A stretch of DNA of 64,000 nucleotides from Candidatus Kapaibacterium sp. (GTDB taxonomy: Bacteria > Bacteroidota > Ignavibacteria > Kapaibacteriales > UBA2268). A program made the translations under genes and the position numbers. This document shows positions 51,842-63,400 of this stretch, one piece after another. Within the stretch, counting starts at the first letter, position 1; each line of letters begins with the position of its first letter. The notes under the pieces were generated by a model. The model did no database searches, was not told the DNA's origin, and saw nothing but the letters and a program-made list of their open reading frames with translations. The stretch is from assembly GCA_963664875.1 (NCBI GenBank), contig OY761611.1, positions 1,664,001 to 1,728,000 on the forward strand, given 5' to 3'.

Positions 51842-53163
51842 TTTTGAAAAGCCATAGATTCGGAATTGCGGCAAGAGCTATTATGATGGCTCTTAATGCA
51901 GTATTGCTCGGCTTTTTTATAGCATTCAGCAATATTTATGCAGTCTGGATAGTGCTTTCTCTTCTATTTATTTATCAGATTTACGATTTGATAATCTTCA
52001 CAGACAGAACTAATAAAGAAGTATTAAAGTTTCTCTCTGCCGTTAAAGAATCTGATTTTTCTGCCAGCTTCTATACGCCTGACTATGGCGGCACTATGGC
52101 AGAGCTGACCAAAGAGCTTAATAAAGTAATTGAAATATTCCGCGATAACAAAGCGGAACAGGAAAAATTTTACCGATTCCTTGAGAAGATGGTGCATCAG
52201 CTCAATTCCGGAATTGTAGTATTTGATACCTCAGGCAAACCTGTGCTTACCAATTCAAAAGCACTTCTCTTTACCGGGCTGAAACAAATATCGCAGGAAG
52301 AGGATTTGCAAAGGGCATTTCCTCGCTACGCGGAAGAGATATCGAAACTTACTCATGCAGACAAAATCTTTCTAAAAAGCGGACAAAGCAGTAAGGATAT
52401 GGTGCTTAGCTGTTCCGAGTTTGTGGTGCAGGAGGATAGATACAGGCTTTTTGCACTGCACAATATCAGTCAGGAACTTGAAGAAAAAGAGTTGGATTCC
52501 TGGCAGGATTTGGTGCGTGTTCTAACTCACGAGATTATGAATTCGATAACGCCTATCTCTTCTCTTTCAGAAACGGCTTTGGATATAGTTGATGAATTCG
52601 AGGGCGGTGATGATGAAAGCGTGCAGGATATTAAAGATGCACTCGGCACTATACGCTCCCGGAGCGAAGGGCTGATGTCTTATGTAAAATCTTTCCGCGG
52701 TTTAGTTAAGTTGCCAAAGCCAAATATAGAAGTATTTCCTGTCTCAGAGCTTTTCGCAAATGTTGTTAAGCTAATGGAACATGAATTTGAAGAAAAAGGA
52801 ATAAACTGCTATATAGAAATCATACCCGAAGATTTGAAAATAGCCGCAGATCCTGCTTTAATGGAGCAAGTAGTTTTAAACTTATTACTTAATGCTAAAG
52901 ATGCTGTACGTCAGGAAGAGTCTCCAAGGATATGGCTGCGGGCTTTCACCGATAAAAAAGCAAAAATGCTGATAGAAGTGGAAGATAACGGAGCAGGCAT
53001 ACTAAAAGACAACTTAGAGCGAATATTCATTCCATTTTTCACTACCAAAAGCACAGGCAGCGGTATCGGTCTCAGCCTCGTGCGTCAAATCATGCGCCTG
53101 CACGGCGGAAAGGTAGCAGCCGACTCCGAACCCGGCAGAACAATTTTCAGACTTTGGTTGTAA
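51838..53163 (+). CDS. Sensor histidine kinase (NtrY-like)
   Basis: THEIMNSITPI; NLLLNA; DNGAG; FFTTK; GSGIGL. Confidence 0.95.
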   Translation: MILKSHRFGIAARAIMMALNAVLLGFFIAFSNIYAVWIVLSLLFIYQIYDLIIFTDRTNKEVLKFLSAVKESDFSASFYTPDYGGTMAELTKELNKVIEIFRDNKAEQEKFYRFLEKMVHQLNSGIVVFDTSGKPVLTNSKALLFTGLKQISQEEDLQRAFPRYAEEISKLTHADKIFLKSGQSSKDMVLSCSEFVVQEDRYRLFALHNISQELEEKELDSWQDLVRVLTHEIMNSITPISSLSETALDIVDEFEGGDDESVQDIKDALGTIRSRSEGLMSYVKSFRGLVKLPKPNIEVFPVSELFANVVKLMEHEFEEKGINCYIEIIPEDLKIAADPALMEQVVLNLLLNAKDAVRQEESPRIWLRAFTDKKAKMLIEVEDNGAGILKDNLERIFIPFFTTKSTGSGIGLSLVRQIMRLHGGKVAADSEPGRTIFRLWL

Positions 53164-53485
53164 GTTACAGCAAGTGGTTCAAGTTGTTGCCAAATTCAGA
53201 TTCGATGATGAAAATCCACCCACTTTAATATTATTCAAAATAGAAAAATGATTATTAGCTGATTCTGAAAAGGACAAAGCTTTTTAGTTTTTTTGCTTGT
53301 GATTTTCCTGAATTTAATATATTGTTTTGATGAGTAAGTGTATTTATATATATTGCTATCAACCATATATAAATTTTGTGCAAATATATTTTCCAAATAT
53401 GCCTTTTTTATATCATAAATAAAACATGTAATATCTTACACACAATCTTGTTTGCAATTAAAAATCAACAGTTCCGGAAATTTCT

Positions 53486-54688
53486 ATGAAAACCTTTATT
53501 CTCTTTATCATATTTCTAAGCTTTTTGTTTCCTTTTACATCTCACTCTGAAACCTTACAAAGCACTCTAAAACACAAGGAACTAATTTTTATTCAAAATA
53601 CTGAGCTTGATGATTGTCTCTTCAAAGAGTTCGACGGGGATATGTATATGCTTACTGTAGATAAAGAGTATAAGCAGGACAGTACAAAAGCGATTATTAA
53701 ATTGAAAAATATTACAAGCAATACTGAAATCCCTATTGCTTCGTTTTGCTCCGACAAATTGCCTTCTATTATGCAAGGCTATAGTTTTATTTCTCAAGAT
53801 TTTGATTTAAACGATGATTATTTAGTTGTTTCAAATTATGTATTTCTTTACGTCTTCAAAAAAGAGAATTCAGTTTACAGGTTTGAAAAAATAATAAACT
53901 CATCTAATTCTTACGAAGCAGTCAAAATAAAAGGCAATCAGATATATTTACTTACTGCAAATATTCCTAATGGAAGTTATGTCGGAGATTATAAAATTCT
54001 GGATTTGGGAAATGAGACATTTACATCTTCTCAGTTAATAAAACCTGAGCTGTGGCAATTGCTATACTTCCAGCCTCGAAAGATTGTAGATTTTTTTCAG
54101 GATTCATATCTACAAAGCGAGATAGTACGTCCGGTCATTTATTTTCACAATAAATCGAGTATAGATACAGTGAATTTCTATTGCCCTGAATGGCTTACAC
54201 TGCCAGATAGCATTATTAATCAACTAAAGGAAAATTTAGAGTCTTTAGGCAATATCAATTCTAAAAATGTCATAGACATGCTCAGAACATCCCTTAGCCA
54301 AACATCTCTTATTCATAAAGTTATGAGCATTTCGGAAGATAGGGTTTTAGTGCTTTGGTCAGTTCCAGATACAAAACTCAGATATGATTTCAGATTTACC
54401 ATAATAAAAAAAGTAGGACAAAAATATGAGATTGTAGCAAATAATCTTAGCAATATGGAACTCGATATAAATAAATCACTGGCTGATTATAATGGTTTAT
54501 ATCGTTTGACCAATGAAATATTTACTTCCAATGGCAAGCTTATAGATATTTTGCCGACAGCGTTCTATCTATCAGAAACGCATCAGAATATGCCAATCAT
54601 TGATTTATATCGTGAGATGGAAGAAGCCTATCTGAAATCCGACGAAAACGGGTTTTACTTAAACATTATGGAGATTAAAAATGATTAG
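53486..54688 (+). CDS. Hypothetical exported beta-rich protein (possible beta-propeller)
   Basis: Signal peptide; repeated short beta-strand pattern. Confidence 0.7.
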   Translation: MKTFILFIIFLSFLFPFTSHSETLQSTLKHKELIFIQNTELDDCLFKEFDGDMYMLTVDKEYKQDSTKAIIKLKNITSNTEIPIASFCSDKLPSIMQGYSFISQDFDLNDDYLVVSNYVFLYVFKKENSVYRFEKIINSSNSYEAVKIKGNQIYLLTANIPNGSYVGDYKILDLGNETFTSSQLIKPELWQLLYFQPRKIVDFFQDSYLQSEIVRPVIYFHNKSSIDTVNFYCPEWLTLPDSIINQLKENLESLGNINSKNVIDMLRTSLSQTSLIHKVMSISEDRVLVLWSVPDTKLRYDFRFTIIKKVGQKYEIVANNLSNMELDINKSLADYNGLYRLTNEIFTSNGKLIDILPTAFYLSETHQNMPIIDLYREMEEAYLKSDENGFYLNIMEIKND

Positions 54689-55091
54689 ATACCTTGTACT
54701 AATTACTGCTTTATTTGTTTACAGCATCCAAGCCTTCGAGATTAACATCAGTTGTCAAAATGTAAAGGGTAAATTTGCAAATCAGTTTAATCTTGATTAT
54801 TATATCGATGACTATGATAAGATGAACTCTACACTTACTATTAAATGTGCTGATAAAGGAGTTCAATCCATAAAGCCCGACTACGCTAAAATCATCAAAA
54901 CAGAAGACGGAGATAGTGTAGAATGGTTTGATTTATTTGACTTATCCTATGAGGCGATTAAAAATCAATCCTATACTAAAGAATATACAGACACTATTAA
55001 AACAGACAAAAACACATTTATAAGAGAAGCAGAATGGAGCGGAAATGATACAAATACCTATAAAATACATATTAAGGTCTATCATCCTTAG
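54681..55091 (+). CDS. Small exported protein
   Basis: Signal peptide; two Cys; overlaps the upstream stop. Confidence 0.7.
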   Translation: MIRYLVLITALFVYSIQAFEINISCQNVKGKFANQFNLDYYIDDYDKMNSTLTIKCADKGVQSIKPDYAKIIKTEDGDSVEWFDLFDLSYEAIKNQSYTKEYTDTIKTDKNTFIREAEWSGNDTNTYKIHIKVYHP

Positions 55092-55631
55092 CAGCACTCT
55101 GCTGTGCATTTGCTTTTTTGCAGGCAAAAATCTATTTGGCAATGATATAGAGAGTAATGGCAATGTTACAGATTATCAGGTTGAGACTCTATTCAAGAGC
55201 CGGTAAAATTAAGCTCGCTATTGACAGACGATTGCAACATAGTTGTTTTTTAAAGTAACTACACCTGCAAGGATTGCTATAAGTCGATAGCAAAATCAGC
55301 AGAAACACTCAAATCTTCAAATTTCAAAATAAATCTTTTAGTTTTGGTTCGTTCGCCACTTAGTAACAAAACTCGAAAAGAGATGTACAAAGAGGCAAAA
55401 ACAATTTTAGGAACAGACAAAATTTATTTCGATATCCACAGCAAAGAAGACGAATGGCCACCGAATGCTTATGAAGAGGGAATTTTTTCTTTATTTCCGA
55501 TAAAGCAAACTCCGGCATTGCTTTACATTCCTAATCACAGCTTTAAAGCAAGCTTCTTTAGTTACGATAGACTAATTGAAAAGAATTACGACTTAAGAAG
55601 TCTATTAGAACACTCCTCATCCGAAAAATGA
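55045..55631 (+). pseudogene. Disrupted exported thioredoxin-like (CxxC) protein
   Basis: 55045-55206 encodes MIQIPIKYILRSIILSSTLLCICFFAG... After a frameshift near 55190 the reading continues QEPVKLSSLLTDDCNIVVF*SNYTCKDCYK into the 55344 ORF, with an in-frame TAA at 55251. Confidence 0.7.
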
Positions 55632-55652
55632 AATAGTTTTGCAAATCTCTCT

Positions 55653-55695
55653 AAAAAAAACGCATCCGGCTTTTTGACAGGATGCGTTTTTTTTT
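55653..55695. terminator. Bidirectional terminator
   Basis: A8-cgcatcc/ggatgcg-T9. Confidence 0.88.
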
Positions 55696-55723
55696 AAATT
55701 TGATTCAGATATAGTTTTTTCAA

Positions 55724-56434
55724 TTAGTTATTGAAGATTTTGGAAGGTTCTACTTTGCCCCAGCCATTGACTCTGACTTCGCCGAAATCAGGGTGTGAAG
55801 TTTTAAAAATCACAGAGCAGTTGAAATGTCCGGGTTTCTCAGGTTTGTAACTGCCAATCACTTTCAAAGACTCATGAGCTTTGATTGTTTGATTTTTGTC
55901 AAGGTTCAATTGGAAAGTAGGTGGTTGCATTTCAAAATCTTTAATTTTAATATCTTTATCAGAATTATTAACTATTTCGATGCTTGCTTTACCTTCTCTG
56001 CCGACTTCCATCTGACCAAATATGAAATACTGAGGAGAAACATCAACATCTTGTTTTAGATGTGCTTTTAATACATAGTAGTGAGGTTTCTTTTCATCAA
56101 CATCATTTGCATATATCTTAATAGTCTTAGAAACAGTCCCACTGTGACTTACTTTCAGAGTAATGTCCAATGTAGCAGTTTCTTTCGGTTTTAATGTATC
56201 TTTCGAGATAGGAGCTGTTGTGCATCCGCAGGTAGGTTTTACCTGTGAGATTATAAGAACTTCGTCACCTGCATTTCGGATAGTTACCGTTGCCTTTAAA
56301 GGTTCAGGATTGGCACCTGCTTTTACAATACCCCAATCATAAGTTCCCCCACCAACAAATTCTAATTTCGGTCCTGCAAATGCTGAAATAGCAAAAGCGA
56401 GGAACACCATACCTATTGTTGCAAACAATTTCAT
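55724..56434 (-). CDS. DUF1573 domain protein (two Ig-like domains)
   Basis: YDWG..NAGDEVLIISQVKPTCGCT..LKPKE. Confidence 0.88.
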   Translation of the reverse strand: MKLFATIGMVFLAFAISAFAGPKLEFVGGGTYDWGIVKAGANPEPLKATVTIRNAGDEVLIISQVKPTCGCTTAPISKDTLKPKETATLDITLKVSHSGTVSKTIKIYANDVDEKKPHYYVLKAHLKQDVDVSPQYFIFGQMEVGREGKASIEIVNNSDKDIKIKDFEMQPPTFQLNLDKNQTIKAHESLKVIGSYKPEKPGHFNCSVIFKTSHPDFGEVRVNGWGKVEPSKIFNN

Positions 56435-56598
56435 ATATGCCTCCCTTGTATCATTACTGTATATTTTGTATTATTAATATTTGTAATATAATAAAAAATA
56501 GCATTGATTGTAACATATATACAGATTTATTTGTATTTTGTTACGATATTTTTTATATCATTCTAATATAGATTTACATATTGTCCGTTTTAGAAAAA

Positions 56599-58911
56599 AT
56601 GAAACAACACATAAAATCCAAACTATATATAGACAGTCTAATCCTGTTTTTGTTACTATGTTTCTCTTCAGGAAACGTATCTTCACAAACAGCAATAACT
56701 CCGTTTGTAAAACCGGAAAAGCAATATATCAATCTTGGACCGTGTGCTATCAACGACACTTTGCTTTTGAAAGTAGAAGTCAAATCAGACTATGACGGTA
56801 CATTGTTTATGACCGATATTACTCCCTCTTTTGCAATTGGTAAGCATCCTTTGGATCAAAACAGCCAACCGCAGAATTTCGAATTCATCTCACTTTTCGA
56901 TGCATTTCCTTACACTTTCGAAAAAGGAACGATAGATACATTTGACATTTCGTATAAACCACGTTTAGAAGATCAATTAGAGCTATTCCCTTATGGATGG
57001 AAATATGCTGTCTTACAAATGGGATTAACCAAAACTATTACTCAACCTTACGAATTTCAATACGCAGTTCAGTACTACCTAAAGGCAAAGAAGACTCCAC
57101 TGTTTGCAGACGGATATGATGATGTTTATAATTTCGATTCTGTCTATGTCAATCCGATTCTTCCAAAAAAATATAGCTGGCGGGTGAAAAACGTCAAGAA
57201 TTTTGATGTCAAAATCAATGCTCAAAACTCTAATCTTTTGTCTGATAAAAAAACTGACGATGAGTTCTTTATTCAGGATAGATTCGCTCAGACGAATGAA
57301 GTTGAAATTCGTCCCAAGAACATAGTTACCTGGGAAGTGGCATACTCTCCCAAAGATACAGAAGCCGATTCGATGCTCATTGAGCTATACTATCAGCGTG
57401 ACGAACAAAAAACTGACACTATTTGGGTGCGAGCTGTTGGAACAGGAGTCAAACAAGAACTTGAGTTCGTAGATATAAACAGATTAGTAAGTAATGACAC
57501 TATACTTCTCGGCGATATTTTAGTCTTCGAAAAGGCAAGAATTAGCGGAAAACTATACAACAAGGGCAATCTTCCATTTGGAAAAAAGAACTCTTATTTA
57601 AGCAAATCACAAACTCAATCACCCGATTTTAAATGGAATTATGTAGTTCCACTCCTATCAGAAGGCGAACATTTGAATCCGGATTCTCTCTCTGCTTTTT
57701 CATTTGATTTGGAATTTGAGCAGCCCGGTGATTTTGTTTTGAAATTCGAAGTGGAAAGCGATATTGCAGATAGAGGTATTTTTGGTGTGCCTGACACAGT
57801 AATATACAAAAATATTTATATAAGCGGCAGATGTGTCGCTCCGGAACTTAATGCCGTTACTGATACTATCGACATGGGCGACGTTGTTTTAAACCGTTTA
57901 GATTGTCCTTCGTCTATGGATACTCTCTATACTGTTTTCAATTCGGGTAATTACCCGCTTCAGGTCGAATTTGCTCTTGACCCTGAGTATCCAAACACAA
58001 GATTTGTGGTAGAACCAAGAAATATAGAGGTTGGAGTCAATCAGCAACAAAGTATCAATATTCACTTTGAATCCGAAATATACGGCGAGTATTTTACCGA
58101 TTTGCTTATTATTGCCAATACAAAAAATCCGAGAGATACTATACGAGTCCCTTTGAGAGCCGTAAGTATTCCTCCTGTTCAGGCAAGTCTGACGTTGCCA
58201 AATGTCAATGCTAAACCCGGCAGAGTCATATCTCTTCCGATTATTCTCACAAGTGATAAAATATCTCCTGCCTTTATAGCCGGCTCTTATAACGATATAT
58301 TATACTACAATCCGACTTTATTGAAATATCGAAGTTATTCTTTGCTTGGAACAGCTTCAGAATTTGTCCCAAATCCTAGAATATTTGAAATTAGTCCCGG
58401 AAATCTACAAATAGATATTTCTCACAACGGTGATGATAAATTTCTTCCTTTAGACACTCTTATCATTCTCAATTTTGAGACTTATCTCGGAGATGCTGTC
58501 GAGACTCCGATTAGATTCTCAAATCCAAGATTTGGTAACAATAACTGTAGCAATATTCTGGATATTCCGGAAAACAATATTAGGAACTCTACTTTTAAAT
58601 TAGATTCTATTTGTGGACTTGAATATATTATAACTCCTTCTACAAGCTCTTTATTTGCTATAAAGAAACTATCTCCTCTTCCTGCAGATAGAATACTGAC
58701 TTTAGAATTCAACGTAGCCGCTAAATCCTATGTAGAATACAAAATTGTCAATACTTACGGCGAAGTGCTTTATCATGAAGATAAAACGATAATGCCGGAA
58801 GGAGTTTACGAGCGAGATATCAATGTTTCAATGCTACCCGTAGGAATTTATAGTTTAGAGTTTAGTGCAGGTATTTACAAAGAAACAAAGGGTTTTGTAA
58901 TTATCCGATGA
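56599..58911 (+). CDS. Secreted Ig-like (ASH) + cohesin-like protein with a T9SS-type C-terminal domain
   Basis: IDMGDV..VFNSGNYPL; LPNVNAKPGRVISLPI..YNPTLL; SPLPA...GIYSL...GFVIIR. Confidence 0.78.
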   Translation: MKQHIKSKLYIDSLILFLLLCFSSGNVSSQTAITPFVKPEKQYINLGPCAINDTLLLKVEVKSDYDGTLFMTDITPSFAIGKHPLDQNSQPQNFEFISLFDAFPYTFEKGTIDTFDISYKPRLEDQLELFPYGWKYAVLQMGLTKTITQPYEFQYAVQYYLKAKKTPLFADGYDDVYNFDSVYVNPILPKKYSWRVKNVKNFDVKINAQNSNLLSDKKTDDEFFIQDRFAQTNEVEIRPKNIVTWEVAYSPKDTEADSMLIELYYQRDEQKTDTIWVRAVGTGVKQELEFVDINRLVSNDTILLGDILVFEKARISGKLYNKGNLPFGKKNSYLSKSQTQSPDFKWNYVVPLLSEGEHLNPDSLSAFSFDLEFEQPGDFVLKFEVESDIADRGIFGVPDTVIYKNIYISGRCVAPELNAVTDTIDMGDVVLNRLDCPSSMDTLYTVFNSGNYPLQVEFALDPEYPNTRFVVEPRNIEVGVNQQQSINIHFESEIYGEYFTDLLIIANTKNPRDTIRVPLRAVSIPPVQASLTLPNVNAKPGRVISLPIILTSDKISPAFIAGSYNDILYYNPTLLKYRSYSLLGTASEFVPNPRIFEISPGNLQIDISHNGDDKFLPLDTLIILNFETYLGDAVETPIRFSNPRFGNNNCSNILDIPENNIRNSTFKLDSICGLEYIITPSTSSLFAIKKLSPLPADRILTLEFNVAAKSYVEYKIVNTYGEVLYHEDKTIMPEGVYERDINVSMLPVGIYSLEFSAGIYKETKGFVIIR

Positions 58912-59675
58912 AAATCAGTCTTTTTATATTGTGTGCATTTTTGTATTCCGGTACTTTATGTGCTCAGGGATTTAATTGGCAGTATTCAGTAAGAGAACCG
59001 GTATCCGGTCCAAACTTGTTCTTTGGTGGGACGAGTTCTTATTCCTTTTTTGATCATCAGGGTGAGTTCTTTCTGTTTGAAAACGAAACTGTTTGCTGTC
59101 CTTACAAAGGCGGCTCAGGTAATGGTTTTGAATTGGGCTTTCAGGCAGAGTACTGGTATAGTGGCGAACAGGCATTTAATCTTGCCTTAAATTATACGAA
59201 AGCAGGAGGCAAGTTTACATCTCTACAAGAATATCCAAGAGTCAATAATGTTATTCAGGTTGTCGAATTTGCTTACAATTCTGATTTAAGATACCTTAGT
59301 TTCGAAGCAGGAGCGAAAAGAAGACTATTCGATTCTCATCTTTTTACTGAACTAACTCTCGCTTTTATGTTCAAAATAAGTGATAATTCCACTCATCTTG
59401 AGCGAGTAGTCTCTCCGGCAGAACTCCCTTTTAGTGACGGAAGCACCGAAAGAGAATTCCCATACAGGGAGATTAGCGGCTTGCGTAGTTTTAATCTTGT
59501 ACCTTCTCTTAGCTTAGGCTATGATGCTAACCTTGGCAATAATCTCTATGCCGGCATATCAGCCGGTGTAAAATTCCCGCTAATGAGTCAGACCTCAGCA
59601 AACAACTGGATTCGCTGGCAGACAGGAATAAATGTTTCATTGCATTGGGGTGTCGGCAAATATGAGCTATTTTAA
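58908..59675 (+). CDS. Putative outer-membrane beta-barrel protein
   Basis: Signal peptide; amphipathic strands (GFELGFQAEYW, SLSLGYD); ATGA coupling. Confidence 0.72.
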   Translation: MKISLFILCAFLYSGTLCAQGFNWQYSVREPVSGPNLFFGGTSSYSFFDHQGEFFLFENETVCCPYKGGSGNGFELGFQAEYWYSGEQAFNLALNYTKAGGKFTSLQEYPRVNNVIQVVEFAYNSDLRYLSFEAGAKRRLFDSHLFTELTLAFMFKISDNSTHLERVVSPAELPFSDGSTEREFPYREISGLRSFNLVPSLSLGYDANLGNNLYAGISAGVKFPLMSQTSANNWIRWQTGINVSLHWGVGKYELF

Positions 59676-60176
59676 AATATAAGGATGAAGCATAGCTTTT
59701 AGCTCTTCGGAAAGACCTTCGAGCAAACTGTAAGAAGCCATTTCAAAGTCATTGAAATCAAACCCGGGGCTAACAGTGCAGCCCATAAGACTATATGATT
59801 CTATATCATTAGCACACAACTCTGCAGCCATCCATATCCCTGCAGGAACTACAAATTGGCACACATGCTCGACATTAATTTGATTACTCAATACAATTTC
59901 TTTAAACTGCTTAGATTTTTCATCAAATAATACCAAACGCAGCGCAGCTCCTCTGTAAAAATGCCATATTTCGTCTGATTTGATCCTATGCAGATGGGAC
60001 TTATTGCTTCCTGTTAGCAAGTAGTATATAGAAGTTGCGGCACTTCGCATACCCGAAGAAGTCTCAAACTTCTCAGCAGAACGATAAATTTCTTTGAAGA
60101 AACCACCTTCAGGGTGTGGCTTAAGTTCATAATTTCTGATTATCATTTCTATATCAGTATCTTTATTTGCCTGCAT
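59667..60176 (-). CDS. Cupin_5 (DUF985) protein
   Basis: PHPEGGF, TSIYYLL, SDEIWHFY, CTVSPGFDF. Confidence 0.93.
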   Translation of the reverse strand: MQANKDTDIEMIIRNYELKPHPEGGFFKEIYRSAEKFETSSGMRSAATSIYYLLTGSNKSHLHRIKSDEIWHFYRGAALRLVLFDEKSKQFKEIVLSNQINVEHVCQFVVPAGIWMAAELCANDIESYSLMGCTVSPGFDFNDFEMASYSLLEGLSEELKAMLHPYILK

Positions 60177-60429
60177 AGTATTTACCTATTTATTGGTAGA
60201 TAAGAAAAGTATTATTTGGGATGTAACAAATTCCAATTTATATTGTCAATTATTATTGAGGGATTGTACATTATAAGATAGAGACATCAAAAATAATGAC
60301 ACGGGAATCCAAAAAAAGTTTCAAAAGTGCATATAATTATATAATTTGTCAAATAATTGACAGATATGGAATTAGCAAACATACAATTCGTTTATTACAC
60401 TGCAATAAAAACTATATATAGAGGCCGTT

Positions 60430-63400
60430 ATGTCAAAATTATTTACATATTTTATAATTATGCTGTTGATTTCTATTACTGTTTCTCAGGCAGAGAGATA
60501 CTCTATTTCTGCGATTGACGGTTCAAAATTCCCTGAAATCAGAGCATATTTCCAGGCATTTGACAATGCAGGTAATTCTGTAGAAAACCTGAAACCTGAA
60601 GATTTTAATGTATTTGAAGACGGTATTTCAATGGATCCTTCTCTTCAGGTGGTCTGTGAAGAAGGTAACAAAGAAGTTAGTGTTCTGCTGATACTTGACA
60701 GAAGTGAATCAATGAAAGATACGGTCTCTACTGATCCTTTAGAATTTCGTTGGGACTGGGTAGATTACGCAGTAAGAACTTTCGTAAAAAAAATCAATTT
60801 CGTAGGTCGTACAACTGTCGCAGTTACAAATTTTGGCGGAACCTGCAAAATAACGTGCCCGTTTACAAATAATAGAGAAGAGCTACTTGACTCTTTAGAT
60901 AAAATCCAAATTGTAGGAAAAACAATTTATGACTATCCGTTTTTAGACCCTACAGCAGGCGCTGTCGAATTATTCAAGACAAGACCTGATGATGTCAGAA
61001 AAGTAGCAATTTTCTTAACAGATGGCGAACCAACAGAGCAGCCAAAAACCGACGAGATAATAAACGCAATGCAGCTCGCCAACATTCAGGTTTATTCCAT
61101 CACTCTAAATACTCCAAAAAATATTGATTTAAACTCAATTTCCAGATTTACCGGTGGAGAAAGCTGGAGGGTGGATACTAAAAAGGAATTGGATGACATA
61201 TACAATAAACTTGCTGAAAAGCTACAAACTCAGCTTTTTTGTTATTTATCATGGATTACAAAACATGGTTGCGACCAAGAATCAAGATATAGAAATGCAA
61301 AATTTGAATATTTAAGGATAAGCATAAACGACGGACGAATTATTGAAAGACCTTTTATTCTTCCTGAAAAGTCTGTCCCACGATTGCTTAATTCAAGGAC
61401 AAAATACAATCTTGGAATGGCTCAGGCGAATGAGACCATTTCAGGTTACGTAGATTTTACTCCGCTTTACGACGACTTTGAAGTAACAGGTGCAAGATTT
61501 TCCAACTGGTCAACTCATTATTCGGTTGATTGGGAAGGTCGAACTTTGCCGTTTACTATCAAAGAAGGACAAACTGAAAGCATAAAAGTTGTTTTCAAAC
61601 AAACAAATATCCAAACCAGAACTGCTAATTTGATTCTTGAGGGTTATCCCTGCGAAAAAGCTATCCCTGTGGAAGCCGGCGGTGTTGAACTCGTTATTGA
61701 CTCCCCAAGCGGTGGAGAATCATATTCTTTATGTGATTCAATAAATATTTTATGGTCAGGCATAAACAAGAATACTCTTATCGATTTGTCCTATAGCACA
61801 AATAACGGAAACAGCTGGGATACCATAACTACTTTTGCTCGGGGCTTGACACATAAATGGATGGCACCCCGCGAAGGTCAGTACAGACTTAGAGCGGACA
61901 AAAAAGTTAGTTGGAATTGGGTATGCCCAATCCATGGCACTGGCGAAGATGGAGCTACCGGAATTCATGAAAGTGGGAATATCTATGCTGTAGGATTCTT
62001 TGAAAATACCGGATTATTCGGTGCAACTGAGATCCCTAAAAACAGCAATGGAAAAAAAGATTACTTCCTAATGTCTATTAAGCCTAATAACGGTGAAGTT
62101 AATTGGGTTACTACAAATGGCGGTACTAAAAATGACTCTGCAACTGCGGTTTACAATGATGGCGGAACATACTATGTTACCGGTTCAACTATGGATAACA
62201 TAACTTTCGGCGCGAAAAAGCCTAATTTTTACGCAAAAGATAAGCGGCATTTATTTATTGCAAAACATGATGCTACCGGAAAGGCAATAGATGGAAATAT
62301 ACTAGGCATTATGAGCAGCAATCAAAACAAAGATTTGGAGATGTGGGGCACTAAAGTAGCCGTAGTCGGAGAAGACATATTCATTGAAGGAGAATATGTA
62401 GGAGTTTTTGATTTCGGCTATCTCAGTTTACCTAAAACAACTGTTCCTAAAACATTTACTGTTACTTACAATAAATCTGACTTAGTCCTCAAAGATGTAA
62501 AAGCAGGTAGCCTTGGAGGCATAAACTATCCGCCACGAAAATTTTATCACGACACATATTACGCAACCAAGTTTAAAGATACACTTAGAAAATTTAATGA
62601 CAGCTTGGTTTCAAGAGGTAACACTGATGGAGTTATAATCAAATCTTATTCCAGATCATCTAAAGAGACTTATATTAATAGCCAAAACTTTGCAGTTGTA
62701 TCTCCTGAGATTACTTTTAATGCCAATTATCTTGAAGCAGGCGATTGTAGCCTCGGTAATTCTGTAATGCGATTACTAACTGCAGCTGTCAAGAATAACG
62801 GCTCTATTGCTGTTTCTATCGAATCAGAAGCCATTGTCAATGATCCTTTGGGTGAATTTGCAATAGAACCTTCGCTACTTGGTACTCAAATAGCTCCGGG
62901 AGGAAGTTTAGATGTTACAGTGGTATTCACACCTAAGGAAGTTGGAGAGCGAACAGCTCAGTTACTCCTTGGAGTGGACTGTCTTGCTCCTCAGCCAATA
63001 GCTCTAAAAGGAAACGGACAGTGTTCATTTGAAGCAAAAGCAATCGACTTCAAAGAAGTACCTGCATCAGTTAATAAAACACTAACAAATGTATGCGTAT
63101 TCGAAAACCTATCCAATGACTCTCTTATCATCCAGCCAGTGATAGAAGGTGCAGACGCTGCAGCATTTATTCTTTCTAAGAACGGCATTTTCTCTGTACA
63201 ACCGGGTGAGTGTTGGACAGTAGACATAACCTGTTACTCATCTGTTGCAGGTCCTAAGTCATCGTATATCAATTTCAACTTGCCTGAAGCTTGTGCTGAA
63301 AACAATGCTACTCTTGATGCAAACATTGTAATTACTGATGTAGTAGTAGAGGATATAAACTGGGGTAACAAAAGAGTATCTTCTATAAATCCTGCTCAGG

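Noticed and set aside
55251-55253. Selenocysteine or programmed readthrough in the CxxC gene
   Set aside because: The stop is TAA rather than TGA, it is not at a Cys position, and a separate frameshift is also present.
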